Positions 1 through 9,835 of a stretch of DNA of 64,000 nucleotides are shown one piece after another (positions within the stretch are counted from its first letter, which is position 1; every line of letters begins with the position of its first letter). The notes beneath the pieces were generated by a model, which did no database searches, was not told where the DNA came from, and saw only the letters and a list, made by a program, of their open reading frames with translations. This DNA comes from a virus. Its lineage: Duplodnaviria > Caudoviricetes. The translations under genes were made by a program, and so were the position numbers. The stretch is from IMG/VR virus record IMGVR_UViG_3300025098_005131, one strand, 5' to 3'.

Positions 1-41
1 GTGATTAGTAGTAGTTGTAGGATGGAGATGGGGGATTTGAT

Positions 42-242
42 ATGACGTATATGATTGGTGGAGTGTTAGGATTGGGGTTATTGATGTATGTATTAGTGAT
101 GTTTTTGTTTTTGCGTGGGAAGAGTGGATTAGAGAGGGAGGTAGAGAGGAAGATGAAGTTGGGGATGGAGTTGCAGCGTAGTGGGAAGTTGAGGGAGTAT
201 GGTGAGTTGATGAGGGAGATAGAGGAGTTGGAGGGGAAGTGA
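42..242 (+). CDS. small membrane-anchored hypothetical protein
   Basis: N-terminal TM helix and charged helix, ends just before a promoter. Confidence 0.6.
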   Translation: MTYMIGGVLGLGLLMYVLVMFLFLRGKSGLEREVERKMKLGMELQRSGKLREYGELMREIEELEGK

Positions 243-341
243 TTGTGTGTTTGTTATGAGATTTATCGAGTGTATATTGAGTATGCGAGAGAGTATAATA
301 TAATATAGGGAATCAATCAATTATTTGAGAGGGGTTATGAT

Positions 342-749
342 ATGGTTAGATCATTGGTAGAAGTAGAGTTTCATGAGATTAATCCGTTTGAAGAGATAGT
401 GTATGTGCATGATCATTCTGAGCATAATATGTTGGGAGAGTTGCATACGAGGGAGAGGGGAGTGGAGGCAGTGACGTATGCGGGGAGCGTAGATCATGTA
501 GAGAAGTTTGATTTGAGGGATGTGACGAAGACTTGGGATTCGCAGGTGAGGGTGGAGTGGGGATTTCATAAGGGAGAAGAGTTTGATGAGGTGTTGCATA
601 TACCTGTTAATATAAGTCAGCAGCCTATATTGGGGAATTTAGTTTTGGTGAACTTATTGAAGGCGCATAATGTTGGGTATGTGACGTTAGGGAAGATTAA
701 TGAGGATAAGTTTATGAAGTTAGAAGATTTCTGTGAGAATTATTTATAG
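342..749 (+). CDS. hypothetical protein, paralog of the C-terminal part of 8115-8735
   Basis: DVTKTWDSQ/DITKVWDSQ and HIPVNI/HIPLNI shared. Follows a promoter and SD. Confidence 0.75.
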   Translation: MVRSLVEVEFHEINPFEEIVYVHDHSEHNMLGELHTRERGVEAVTYAGSVDHVEKFDLRDVTKTWDSQVRVEWGFHKGEEFDEVLHIPVNISQQPILGNLVLVNLLKAHNVGYVTLGKINEDKFMKLEDFCENYL

Positions 750-826
750 GTGTAGGTTAGATTAACTTTGTATTATAATATACTATAAGGTACGTTCAAT
801 CGATCATTCAATTAGAGGGATATATT

Positions 827-1339
827 ATGAAGAGGGTAAAAGATGTTTTTGGTGAGCTGCGAGCTTTAGCGGATGTAGCGCAGGAGATTTATGTGAGTAA
901 TGATCCTTATGATAAGTTTACTTCGGAGTATTCAGCAGCGAACAAGTTAGCTAGAGATTTTCAAGCGGGTATAGCTCCGGAGCTTGTTGTGAGTCTTAAG
1001 AAGGCGCAGGAGTGGATTAGGGAGAAGCATTCTGTAGTTTATTGTGGGAGTAATTGGACTAATTGTTTTGGTATGGAAGAAGCGTTGTTTGAGTATGTGG
1101 GATTTAATCGGTATAGGATGGATAGGGAGCGTGGAGAAGAGGAGTTTAAGGTAGTAGATGTTTCTCCTAAGCAGATGATTGTAGATGGTTATAAGTATTA
1201 TAAGATTCTTGCGGATCGAGAAGCAGATGTTTTGGCTGCAGGTGGTGTTGATACAGAGAGAGTCTTTACTTTAGAAGATGCTATAGCAAGTATGTTATTA
1301 GATTTGAAAGAGTTTGATGATCAGTTAGAGTCTGTATAG
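827..1339 (+). CDS. hypothetical protein
   Basis: ORF fills a promoter-to-promoter cassette. Confidence 0.7.
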   Translation: MKRVKDVFGELRALADVAQEIYVSNDPYDKFTSEYSAANKLARDFQAGIAPELVVSLKKAQEWIREKHSVVYCGSNWTNCFGMEEALFEYVGFNRYRMDRERGEEEFKVVDVSPKQMIVDGYKYYKILADREADVLAAGGVDTERVFTLEDAIASMLLDLKEFDDQLESV

Positions 1340-1413
1340 GTGTAAATGAGATTGATTGTATATTATAATATATTATAAGGTATGTTTGGATTATTATTTT
1401 AGGAGGAAGCAGC

Positions 1414-1779
1414 ATGGATTTATTTAATGAGGCAGCTGAAGCTTTTGATAGCAGCAGAGATTTTGTGAAGTATCATATTGAAGAAGAGAGTTCTATTGAG
1501 TGGATGGGAGTTGCTGCGTGTGTTTCTGGTTTGGAGCCTGTTTCTTTGATTGAGAGAGATGATGGATTGTTAGGGCTTGCCTTTAGATATAAGGAGACAA
1601 TAACAGAAGCTCATTTTTCTACTGATGTTCATGGTAATGAAAGAGTTAATCCTGGTCAGCTTAGGTATTATCCTTCAGATATATTATATGGTGTTTATGA
1701 TCAGCAAGGAAATGTTTTTACAACTAAGAAAAAAGACTTTGAATCTTTATGTTCTAGTTTGAATGCAAGAGGCGTTTAG
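1414..1779 (+). CDS. hypothetical protein
   Basis: SD AGGAGG, cassette ORF. Confidence 0.7.
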   Translation: MDLFNEAAEAFDSSRDFVKYHIEEESSIEWMGVAACVSGLEPVSLIERDDGLLGLAFRYKETITEAHFSTDVHGNERVNPGQLRYYPSDILYGVYDQQGNVFTTKKKDFESLCSSLNARGV

Positions 1780-1839
1780 TAGTATTGTATATGTGTAAAT
1801 AAGACTAGTGTGTAGGTATAATATACCATAGGGGGATAT

Positions 1840-2172
1840 ATGATAAAAAGAAAAAGAAGATCTGATAGAAATCATATAATCTACCGGCTGAAGAATGCTG
1901 AGACAGGTAATGAGTATATTGGTATTACTGTGCAAAAAGATCAAAAAGTTATTGGTAGTGTGAAGTTACGTTTTAAGCAGCATGTATCTCGTTGTAAAAC
2001 ATCTGGTAAGCAGTGGTTATTATATCAGGAAATGAGAGAGTATGGATATGAGAGCTTTAGTTATGAAGTGATAGAAGTTGTTCGTGGTAAGAAGAAAACT
2101 CATCAGAGAGAAATAGAATATATCAATGTTTATAATCCTCAGCTTAACACTAAGAAGAAATCAATTATATAG
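1840..2172 (+). CDS. GIY-YIG family endonuclease (stand-alone catalytic domain)
   Basis: IIY...YIGIT, RFKQH, E..YI...LN motifs. Confidence 0.8.
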   Translation: MIKRKRRSDRNHIIYRLKNAETGNEYIGITVQKDQKVIGSVKLRFKQHVSRCKTSGKQWLLYQEMREYGYESFSYEVIEVVRGKKKTHQREIEYINVYNPQLNTKKKSII

Positions 2173-2184
2173 AAGGGTAGTATC

Positions 2185-2637
2185 ATGAGCAGCACGAACT
2201 TTAAGAAGGCATATACTGAGACGGGTTATCAGCGGACGACTTATATGTCGCATTCAGTCGAGGGTATCTGTAATTTTGATGTGCATGGAGATGATTATTC
2301 TGAGAGTATTGAGGTTTTTCATAAATCTTATGTTGCTTCACGCAAGCAGCTCTTTAAAGATATAGGTTTGGGCAAGTGGAGTGAAGACAGCGACATAGGT
2401 TATCAGAATTATCTACGTGTTTTAGAGAGCGGAGAGTATGAGTTAGGTTATTATGAGAACGAATTTTCTTACAGGGTGCCAGCACAGATTAAGTGTTGTG
2501 ATGTCTGGTTAAGCTTAGGTAAGTTTACTAATACTTGTAGCTTGTGTGATGCAGATTATAATGGAAGCGGGCAGCTCTTAGCCTCTCGTTCCCAATGGGG
2601 TGAGGAGACTGGTGAGCATTGGTCTGAGTGTACGTGA
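2185..2637 (+). CDS. hypothetical protein with Cys cluster
   Basis: C-terminal CC..FTNTCSLC..YNGSGQLLA..SQWGEETGE. Confidence 0.7.
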   Translation: MSSTNFKKAYTETGYQRTTYMSHSVEGICNFDVHGDDYSESIEVFHKSYVASRKQLFKDIGLGKWSEDSDIGYQNYLRVLESGEYELGYYENEFSYRVPAQIKCCDVWLSLGKFTNTCSLCDADYNGSGQLLASRSQWGEETGEHWSECT

Positions 2638-2736
2638 TCTAGAAAGACACTTAATAAGTGTAAATAAGATTAGTGGTATATTATAATATGTTATAAGGCA
2701 ACAACATTCAATCATTCAATTAAAAGGAAATCCAAT

Positions 2737-3363
2737 ATGGGTAAATATACTTCTAATGATAATAGGTCTATGCAGTGTAATCCTAATAACGAAAGATACT
2801 GGTCGTCAAGAGGGTATAATGATTATGATGATGAAGATTCATATTCCAATAATGATCATGACAAATGGGCTAAAGAAAGAGATTTTAAATACAAAGAAGC
2901 AATTGATGAAACGGCTTTTAGCTATTTAGACAAAAAAATTCTATTCAAAGATGCTACTCGGGCTGTATTTGGTTTTGATCCTATTGGTGGAACCGTTGAG
3001 TATTTAAGTGAAAACATTCTTGAAGAAAAGTTAATCTTTAAAAAAGACTTTAATATTAAAAGGTCTGATTTGAGAAGTTTTCTTTTAAACAATACTCCTT
3101 CAAAGAATATTGAAATAAAACAAAATTGGTTTATAAGGGACATAGTTGAAAAAGAAGGTGGTTATTTTCGAAGATACGAGTATTTATTATTAGAAATGTT
3201 TGTGAGTTTAAACTATGTTATATTCTTATTTAACGATTATCGGCAAGGATTGAAGTCTATACCAAGTTACGGCCCTCAGCGTTGGATGTTTAAAGACTTT
3301 AAGAGTGGAGAGCTCGATTTTAAGACAGACAACGTAGTAGAAGATTTGTCTGAGTGTTATTAA
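2737..3363 (+). CDS. hypothetical protein
   Basis: Cassette ORF with SD. Confidence 0.65.
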   Translation: MGKYTSNDNRSMQCNPNNERYWSSRGYNDYDDEDSYSNNDHDKWAKERDFKYKEAIDETAFSYLDKKILFKDATRAVFGFDPIGGTVEYLSENILEEKLIFKKDFNIKRSDLRSFLLNNTPSKNIEIKQNWFIRDIVEKEGGYFRRYEYLLLEMFVSLNYVIFLFNDYRQGLKSIPSYGPQRWMFKDFKSGELDFKTDNVVEDLSECY

Positions 3364-3379
3364 TTTAGAAAGTTTTACT

Positions 3380-3622
3380 ATGAAGTATATGTTATTGTTA
3401 TTAGTTATGTTTTCTATTGCATGCAGCGAAACTAACGCTGCTGAAGGCGATCAGAAATACGAATTAGTTTGTAAGCATCCTATAGGACATATTGTGAGAT
3501 ATCCCGTAAGCTTTGATACGTTCTGGAGTCCTGTCAATACAAGAGGCGGAATCTTTAGATTTAAGACGTTAAATGGACTGATTGTTAGAAGTAGTTTTTG
3601 CCATGGAGAAGCTAAGCATTAA
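3380..3622 (+). CDS. small lipoprotein, paralog of 12933-13211
   Basis: Lipobox IAC. Shared CKHP..G.V.Y...F...NG..V.SS.C. Confidence 0.7.
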   Translation: MKYMLLLLVMFSIACSETNAAEGDQKYELVCKHPIGHIVRYPVSFDTFWSPVNTRGGIFRFKTLNGLIVRSSFCHGEAKH

Positions 3623-3666
3623 AAGACTTGTTTATAGCGATTTGTAATACTTCTGTAATGTTATTA

Positions 3667-3725
3667 ATGTGTAAATAAGATTTATTTTGTATTATAATAT
3701 ACCATAAGGTACATTCAATCATTCA
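3667..3725 (+). repeat. 59-bp promoter repeat, copy A (58/59 identical to 5792-5850)
   Basis: Direct sequence comparison. Confidence 0.9.
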
Positions 3726-3746
3726 ATCACACAAGGCTTTATTATT

Positions 3747-4652
3747 ATGAAGAAATTTTTAATAGCTGCATCTATAATAGCTAATTCTGGCTGTGGCGTT
3801 TTGATGACAGTCGAAAGTCATAATATGATTATCTCAGCTCGAGATAAGATTATAAAACGTAACATGCAAGAAATCAGCGTTAAAAAAAGAACAATAGAGG
3901 AAATAGAAGAAAAGAATGCAAATTATAAATATAAACATGTTGTTCTAAATCAAAGCATTAAAAGAAAAGAAAAGTCTGTTAGTGTCTTGCGTCAGCAAAT
4001 AAAGAGTATCAATGCTAAGTATGCAGATTTAAACAAACAATTTACTAAAGTATTAGCAGAGAAGAGTAAGCTGGAGTCAAACAGAGTTAAGCAAATTGCA
4101 ATTAGTCAGGATAGTAAAGAGTTTCTAGCACTATATTTGCTTGCTTTAGAAGAAGGCTACGATGGTTTCTTTCGACAATATGCAGAAAACTTTTCAGAGT
4201 CTGGACATAGTAGTAAGAGTGTAGAAAAAGAAGTTAGAAAGATTTATGATCAAACTTTAAAACTTGGAAAGAAAACTATATTTGAGAAAAGTGCAGACTT
4301 TAAAATTGAGTACATAAACAAAAAAGTTCAAGGTGAAATAAGTTTTGAAGTAGGTAATCATTTATATGTGCATGAGTTCATAGTAAAAAGAGATTTAAGC
4401 AAACTTAAAAATAGCGGCATAAATTATGTTGTAGGCTTTAAAGTAAAAAATGACAATTGTTTTAAGATAATAGAAAAGCCTTTATACGACAAGTACGGGG
4501 ATCCGGTCATTGAGTATAAGGATGTTAATGATTATGAGCAGGTAGCAGTAGAAAAATATAAAAAAGTAAAGAAGAAATATAAGTGTTTAAAGGTAAACGC
4601 AAGTTACTTAGTCTACACATACAATGGAGAAGCTATAAAATATGAAACTTAA
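3747..4652 (+). CDS. coiled-coil putative lipoprotein
   Basis: Signal with SGC and a long heptad region. Confidence 0.6.
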   Translation: MKKFLIAASIIANSGCGVLMTVESHNMIISARDKIIKRNMQEISVKKRTIEEIEEKNANYKYKHVVLNQSIKRKEKSVSVLRQQIKSINAKYADLNKQFTKVLAEKSKLESNRVKQIAISQDSKEFLALYLLALEEGYDGFFRQYAENFSESGHSSKSVEKEVRKIYDQTLKLGKKTIFEKSADFKIEYINKKVQGEISFEVGNHLYVHEFIVKRDLSKLKNSGINYVVGFKVKNDNCFKIIEKPLYDKYGDPVIEYKDVNDYEQVAVEKYKKVKKKYKCLKVNASYLVYTYNGEAIKYET

Positions 4653-5790
4653 TAAAAAGCATTTGTTGATTTTGTGCGTGCCGTTATTTTGCTGCAGTGA
4701 AAGTAAAAACATAACGACTTCTGACAAAGAACAAATTAGGCAAGAAGATCGTAATGAAAAAGGATTTGATCTGGAAACAGGAGAAGAAAAACTATTTTGT
4801 GCTAAAGAAGACTTAATCTGTAATGAAGACTTGGACTGCACAACTTCAACAGGCGTTTCAGCTTCTTGCGTGCAAGGTGTATGTGTTACTGATGGTCCGG
4901 GCTGTATGTATGATAGTGATTGTTTTGATAGCAATCCGTGTGTTGTGCATACTTGTGAAGAAGGAATGTGTAAACCTTATAGTAGTTCAAGTAAAAGTAG
5001 CTGTGAGGATCCTGAGACTGGATTGAGTGGTATTTGCGCAGGCACTACTTGTGTTGTATTAAAAGAGACGTTAGAAGAAAACATAAAAAACGTTTGTGAT
5101 ACTGAAGCTGAAGGTTTTAATGAAGACGAATGTGTTTTTTCAAGTAATAGTTGTATGAAGTTTTCTATGAAAGAAAATACTTTTAAGCAGCTGCCAAACG
5201 GAACTGAGTGTGAGAACGATCTTGGCGCTCCAGGCCAATGCCAATCAGGTTATTGTAGATATGATGATGACATAGAAATAAAAACTGAAGTTAAGTGTGG
5301 TTACAAGAATTATTATGACAACTGGGGTAGAGTAATCTATAGAGAAAAAAAGTGCAGAAACAAAAAGAAAATCCAGTTTAAGATTAGTAAAGAAAAGTTA
5401 AGCAAATCAGCAAAGAAACTTAAGCGATCGATAATGAAAAACTTAAGATACGATGTGCATGTTGGAATAGTTCACAGTCATAGTGGTGGTTATAATATAG
5501 TTATAACAAACACAAACAAAAAAGATAAAGTTAGAGGTATGATTGATCCATCTTTGATTGCATGGGAAATTGCATCGTTTACAAAGAAAACAAATTGGAG
5601 AAGCGCAAACTTACAAGTATGGACAAGACCTAGACACGATGGCTGGCATATGTCTACTAGCGGTTCAAGAAGAGCAGTTAGAAAAGGTCAACAAGGTGCG
5701 GGATGGTTAGGCATGTATGGTGTAGTTAACGTTCGAACGTTTAGAGTGTGGTTGGAAAAGAATTTTAGATATATTGAAAAGGGTTATTGA
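4642..5790 (+). CDS. Cys-rich repeat putative lipoprotein
   Basis: LFCC lipobox. C..D.DC.DSNPC....C..G.C repeats. Confidence 0.65.
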   Translation: MKLNKKHLLILCVPLFCCSESKNITTSDKEQIRQEDRNEKGFDLETGEEKLFCAKEDLICNEDLDCTTSTGVSASCVQGVCVTDGPGCMYDSDCFDSNPCVVHTCEEGMCKPYSSSSKSSCEDPETGLSGICAGTTCVVLKETLEENIKNVCDTEAEGFNEDECVFSSNSCMKFSMKENTFKQLPNGTECENDLGAPGQCQSGYCRYDDDIEIKTEVKCGYKNYYDNWGRVIYREKKCRNKKKIQFKISKEKLSKSAKKLKRSIMKNLRYDVHVGIVHSHSGGYNIVITNTNKKDKVRGMIDPSLIAWEIASFTKKTNWRSANLQVWTRPRHDGWHMSTSGSRRAVRKGQQGAGWLGMYGVVNVRTFRVWLEKNFRYIEKGY

Positions 5791-5791
5791 T

Positions 5792-5850
5792 ATGTGTAAA
5801 TAAGATTTATTTTGTATTATAATATACCATAAGGTACGTTCAATCATTCA
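5792..5850 (+). repeat. 59-bp promoter repeat, copy B
   Basis: Direct sequence comparison with 3667-3725. Confidence 0.9.
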
Positions 5851-5869
5851 TTTAAAAAGGATATAATAT

Positions 5870-6340
5870 ATGAATCCAGCAATCCAGAAACTAAACGAGC
5901 TTATTTGTGAAGAATATAATGTCGAGATAAAGCTTGATCAATCTCTTATACACGACTCTTACGATGAAGGTGAGTTAGAAGAGTATTATTTTTATCATAA
6001 TGTTGCTGAATACTGTTTTTACTCTCAACCTGACACTTTATCTGAAAAGTTAAGAAATAAGTTAAACTTCATCTCAAATGGAGAATTGCAGACTGAAATT
6101 GTTTCTGATTTAGATAGTGATGATGAGCTTAGTTGTTTTGAAGACAGACTTTGTATGATGCAGCAGACAAGAGAAGATAGGACACAACCATCTGAAGATG
6201 AAGTTGAGTTATGGAAAAAGGGAGAGTTTAAGCTGTTTAATCTTTATACAGAGTTTAAGATTTACTTTAATGGTCAACAGATTTCAGATCTTGATCTAAT
6301 CAGAGATCTGGTAAAAGAAAATACGTATCTAACAGCATGA
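5870..6340 (+). CDS. hypothetical acidic protein
   Basis: Cassette ORF with SD. Confidence 0.65.
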   Translation: MNPAIQKLNELICEEYNVEIKLDQSLIHDSYDEGELEEYYFYHNVAEYCFYSQPDTLSEKLRNKLNFISNGELQTEIVSDLDSDDELSCFEDRLCMMQQTREDRTQPSEDEVELWKKGEFKLFNLYTEFKIYFNGQQISDLDLIRDLVKENTYLTA

Positions 6341-6350
6341 TGAGGTTGAG

Positions 6351-6857
6351 TTGATGAAGAAGTTTATTGTATTATTGGTTACAGCATTTATGATGTCTGC
6401 TGCTGCAGTTCAAGCTAAGCCTAAAGAGTTATCTGGCCCTAGGCTAGGATTGACGTATATTACCCCTGGAGAAATAACAAATGAGATTGATGGAAGTTTC
6501 ATAACACAGTATGGCTGGCAATTTGAAACAAGATTTGTTTCTGGAGATGAGTTAGCTGGTTTAGTAGAGTGGGTGCTTTTAGCAGGTGGATTAGAGAAGG
6601 GATACGTATTACCATCAGTAACTTCTATAATTGGTTTAAGAGCTAAGAATGGTTTTGAAATAGGAGCTGGACCTAATTTATCTTTAGTGGGCGTTGGTTT
6701 AGCTTTTGCTATTGGATATAACTTTAGTATAGGAAGTTTAAATCTACCTTTAAACTTTTCTTGGGTGCCTTCAACACGAATTGAAGATGAGGATGATTCG
6801 TCTAAAACTCTTGATGCCGGGCATAGAGTTTCTTTAACTTTTGGGTTTAATATGTAG
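6351..6857 (+). CDS. putative outer-membrane beta-barrel protein
   Basis: Signal peptide (AVQA), amphipathic Gly/aromatic strands, C-terminal LTFGFNM. Confidence 0.6.
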   Translation: MMKKFIVLLVTAFMMSAAAVQAKPKELSGPRLGLTYITPGEITNEIDGSFITQYGWQFETRFVSGDELAGLVEWVLLAGGLEKGYVLPSVTSIIGLRAKNGFEIGAGPNLSLVGVGLAFAIGYNFSIGSLNLPLNFSWVPSTRIEDEDDSSKTLDAGHRVSLTFGFNM

Positions 6858-6948
6858 AGTAATCTTAGCGTGTAATTAGGTTCAACTTTATATTATAATA
6901 TATCATAAGGTAAAAACAAACAATCAATCAATCAAAAGGAAAACAATA

Positions 6949-7185
6949 ATGAGTAACAAATATAGATTTGAAGAAATAAAAGAGCAAATCAAAGAACTAC
7001 TTGATGAGGCATTTGATCTTGTTCCTGATCATGCAAGAGCTCGAGCTGAGTCTTATTGGTATGCACACATATCTACAGCATTAGACGAAGATCATGGTTA
7101 TCTTGGTGGTAGTATGTGTAGCATGCAAGATACCTTGGAAGAGTTTGATGAAGAGGATGAAGAAGATGAAGAGGATGAAGACTAA
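6949..7185 (+). CDS. hypothetical protein with acidic tail
   Basis: Cassette ORF. Confidence 0.65.
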   Translation: MSNKYRFEEIKEQIKELLDEAFDLVPDHARARAESYWYAHISTALDEDHGYLGGSMCSMQDTLEEFDEEDEEDEEDED

Positions 7186-7346
7186 TGCTGTATACTGTTT
7201 GGGTTGGTGGACAAGAAGTTAATGATTATTACTTCGATAACATTACTAAAGCAAGACTTTTGGCAAGTAAATATGTTAACAAAGGATATACAGACGTGTG
7301 TATCGAAGCGTTTAAAAAAGAAACATTAAAAGAAAGAGATCAATAA
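7185..7346 (+). CDS. small hypothetical protein (53 aa, below track cutoff)
   Basis: MLYTVWVGGQEVNDYY..., start overlaps the previous stop (TAATG). Confidence 0.6.
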   Translation: MLYTVWVGGQEVNDYYFDNITKARLLASKYVNKGYTDVCIEAFKKETLKERDQ

Positions 7347-7347
7347 T

Positions 7348-7566
7348 ATGCCAATGCCTAGAGAATATACTATTATTATGCGAGACTTAGTTGAAAACGA
7401 GGTCTTAGATCCTAAAGAAGTTTTGTTTAGCCTTCTAAACTGGTTGCCGGAAGATGATGTATATATGTTCAGTCAGGATGAATATGATGTAGCAACCAAT
7501 TCTGAGTATAAATCAAAGTATGACGCTTTGGATGCAAGCAATGAGGAAATAGAAGAATATGATTAA
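7348..7566 (+). CDS. hypothetical protein
   Basis: Operon packing. Confidence 0.6.
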   Translation: MPMPREYTIIMRDLVENEVLDPKEVLFSLLNWLPEDDVYMFSQDEYDVATNSEYKSKYDALDASNEEIEEYD

Positions 7567-7750
7567 GAATCCTTTTAAGACTGGTGACATTATTAATTTT
7601 AGAAGTCTTTACTATGGTTTAATAGTTAAAGCGAAATACCATAATAGCTACATCTTTCTTGAGGTTTTAAATACAAGTAATCATGTTAGACAGCTTAATT
7701 TGACGCTTTTAGAAAATCATAATTACGCTTATAAAGTTATTAACGTGTAA
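7559..7750 (+). CDS. small SH3/KOW-like hypothetical protein
   Basis: FKTGDIINF..YGLIVK pattern. Stop is the TAA of a GTGTAA promoter hexamer. Confidence 0.55.
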   Translation: MIKNPFKTGDIINFRSLYYGLIVKAKYHNSYIFLEVLNTSNHVRQLNLTLLENHNYAYKVINV

Positions 7751-7818
7751 GTTAGATTAATTGTTGGTTATAATATATTATAAGGCAACAACAAACATTC
7801 ATTCAATAAGGACATAAT

Positions 7819-8028
7819 ATGTTTTTTATATTTACTCACAACGATCAAAAAGTTTTCGAAGGCATTTTAAAAGAAAATGCTTTCAAGATAAGCAAACATA
7901 TACAGAGTAATCCAAACGACAGCTTTTCGCTTAAGATTGTAAAGCCGCTTAAAACAAAAGTTAAAGTTCTTAAAGAGATAACAAACACATGTGACATCAC
8001 AGAGTATTGCTTGTATAGCTTAATGTAA
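7819..8028 (+). CDS. hypothetical protein
   Basis: Cassette ORF. Confidence 0.6.
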   Translation: MFFIFTHNDQKVFEGILKENAFKISKHIQSNPNDSFSLKIVKPLKTKVKVLKEITNTCDITEYCLYSLM

Positions 8029-8114
8029 TACTCTTATCGTGTAACTTAGATTAATTTCATATTATAATATACCATAAGGTACATTCAATCATTCAATCAA
8101 AAAGGACATTTAAT

Positions 8115-8735
8115 ATGACACTTTCAAGAGATAAATACGTTCCAAATAGTTTAGAAAACATCGAAAAGCTTACACGAAAAATTTTGGAAAGCATGGATTT
8201 CGATACAATGCGGGAGTCAGCTTACCAAGGTTTAATTAATCATTATACTGATAATGATCAATGTTTTGTTGAGGATTATTATAAGACATTTTCAGACGAA
8301 GATCCTGAGTTAAACGGTTTTCAAGAAGAAGAAGCTGATAAGATAATTTACTATCATGGTCATCATTCCAATCCATGTGTAGTAGGAGAAATCCACAAGC
8401 ACGAAACTGTAAAAATGAGTGATGGTTCAATGCACAAGGGTATTGAAGTTATCATAATAACACATGACATTATATGTGAAGACTATGATGATAACCTTAG
8501 CGACATTACCAAAGTCTGGGATAGTCAAACGCAATCTGAAGTTTGTAACAGACGATATGATACAGATCCAGATACATGTGTTCACATTCCCCTAAATATA
8601 GGTGAACATACCAATTTAAGCAATCAAGTCCTCAAGCAAATTTTATTAAATAACAATGTAGAGTTTGTATCTTTTGGTCGTAAAGATGATCTAACAAGTC
8701 TCAGCAATTTCTTAAAGAACAATTTAGGAGCATAA
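8115..8735 (+). CDS. hypothetical protein, paralog of 342-749 with extra N-terminal region
   Basis: Alignment by eye. Confidence 0.75.
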   Translation: MTLSRDKYVPNSLENIEKLTRKILESMDFDTMRESAYQGLINHYTDNDQCFVEDYYKTFSDEDPELNGFQEEEADKIIYYHGHHSNPCVVGEIHKHETVKMSDGSMHKGIEVIIITHDIICEDYDDNLSDITKVWDSQTQSEVCNRRYDTDPDTCVHIPLNIGEHTNLSNQVLKQILLNNNVEFVSFGRKDDLTSLSNFLKNNLGA

Positions 8736-8738
8736 GAT

Positions 8739-8939
8739 ATGAAGTTCTATGCTTATAAGCCTTCACCATATGGCCAAGAGCCGATTGGTAAGAATGGCAG
8801 AATTCTATTTAAAAGTAACACGAACGAAGACGCAATTAAACATACAGAAAGTATTCTTGGTAATAGATACATGCTGTTTAGTTATACTACTATCTATAAA
8901 GACAAAAAAAAGTATAAGCTTGTGATGGCTTCTGTTTAA
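8739..8939 (+). CDS. hypothetical protein, similar to 14042-14257
   Basis: YAY...FKS....AIK.....G...Y.LFS shared. Confidence 0.6.
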   Translation: MKFYAYKPSPYGQEPIGKNGRILFKSNTNEDAIKHTESILGNRYMLFSYTTIYKDKKKYKLVMASV

Positions 8940-8965
8940 AGTAATTAGGTTTGAAAGGATAAGAT

Positions 8966-9259
8966 ATGTTTCATTTTTCAGAGCAGTGGCGTATAAAACC
9001 TGAAAGAGAAGCTTTAATTGATCCAGCTGCAGACTTTGTTGGTGAGACTAAATTACTCAAGAAGCCTTCACTGAAAGATTTATATGACAAGGGTGTTAAG
9101 GTAAGAAGAAGTAGTTGGTGCAGAGGTGCTGCTGATATAGAAAACTATGCAAACAAAATGGAAGACATCACAGGTAAAAAAGAGTTCAGAGCATATCATT
9201 ATTTTGATAGCGAATATAAGATGTGGTGCACAGAGTACTATGAGTTAACGTATCCTTAG
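8966..9259 (+). CDS. hypothetical protein
   Basis: SD and operon packing. Confidence 0.6.
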   Translation: MFHFSEQWRIKPEREALIDPAADFVGETKLLKKPSLKDLYDKGVKVRRSSWCRGAADIENYANKMEDITGKKEFRAYHYFDSEYKMWCTEYYELTYP

Positions 9260-9267
9260 GTAAATGT

Positions 9268-9570
9268 ATGAAGAAAATTAAAAGATTAAACAACGGTTTT
9301 ATTATCAGTAAATGGCGTTCTATGATTGGCAGTGAAAGAGAAGTTGAAGGCGAGTTAATATGCTATAGTAATCACAGTGGTAATCTTAAACTATATAATG
9401 ACGGAAGTATTTACTATTACAAGTTATTGATTGCTGATATTGTTGACGGGGTTCATACAGTCTATGATCACACAGCAACAGGTGGAAGCTTTGTGTCTAA
9501 AACTACAAGTCGTAGAGTAAATACTTTAAAAGAATACGCATTAAAGGTAGTAAGCTATAATGAAAAGTGA
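9268..9570 (+). CDS. hypothetical protein
   Basis: Operon packing. Confidence 0.6.
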   Translation: MKKIKRLNNGFIISKWRSMIGSEREVEGELICYSNHSGNLKLYNDGSIYYYKLLIADIVDGVHTVYDHTATGGSFVSKTTSRRVNTLKEYALKVVSYNEK

Positions 9571-9784
9571 CAAGATGAGTTTTTTTGGAGTTGAAGTTGA
9601 GAGAGACTGTATTACTAAGCTGCCTTCTTTTTTCAGGTATGATAACAGGAGATGGGATTACGCAATTAAGACTAATTCTGGAACCGCTAAAGATTTTGCA
9701 ATGAAACTGCAGTCTACAGGAATTTTCAGAACAGCACAAATTCCAGAATCTGGTGTCTGGATCATTAAAGAGATAAGACACTAA
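9560..9784 (+). CDS. hypothetical protein
   Basis: Ends just before a promoter. Confidence 0.55.
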   Translation: MKSDKMSFFGVEVERDCITKLPSFFRYDNRRWDYAIKTNSGTAKDFAMKLQSTGIFRTAQIPESGVWIIKEIRH

Positions 9785-9835
9785 TCGTGTAATTTAGATT
9801 CATTTTATATTATAATATACCATAAGGCAACAACA

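Noticed and set aside
1840-2172. GIY-YIG gene as part of a group I intron or mobile element
   Set aside because: It is free-standing with its own promoter, interrupts no gene, and no intron structure is evident.
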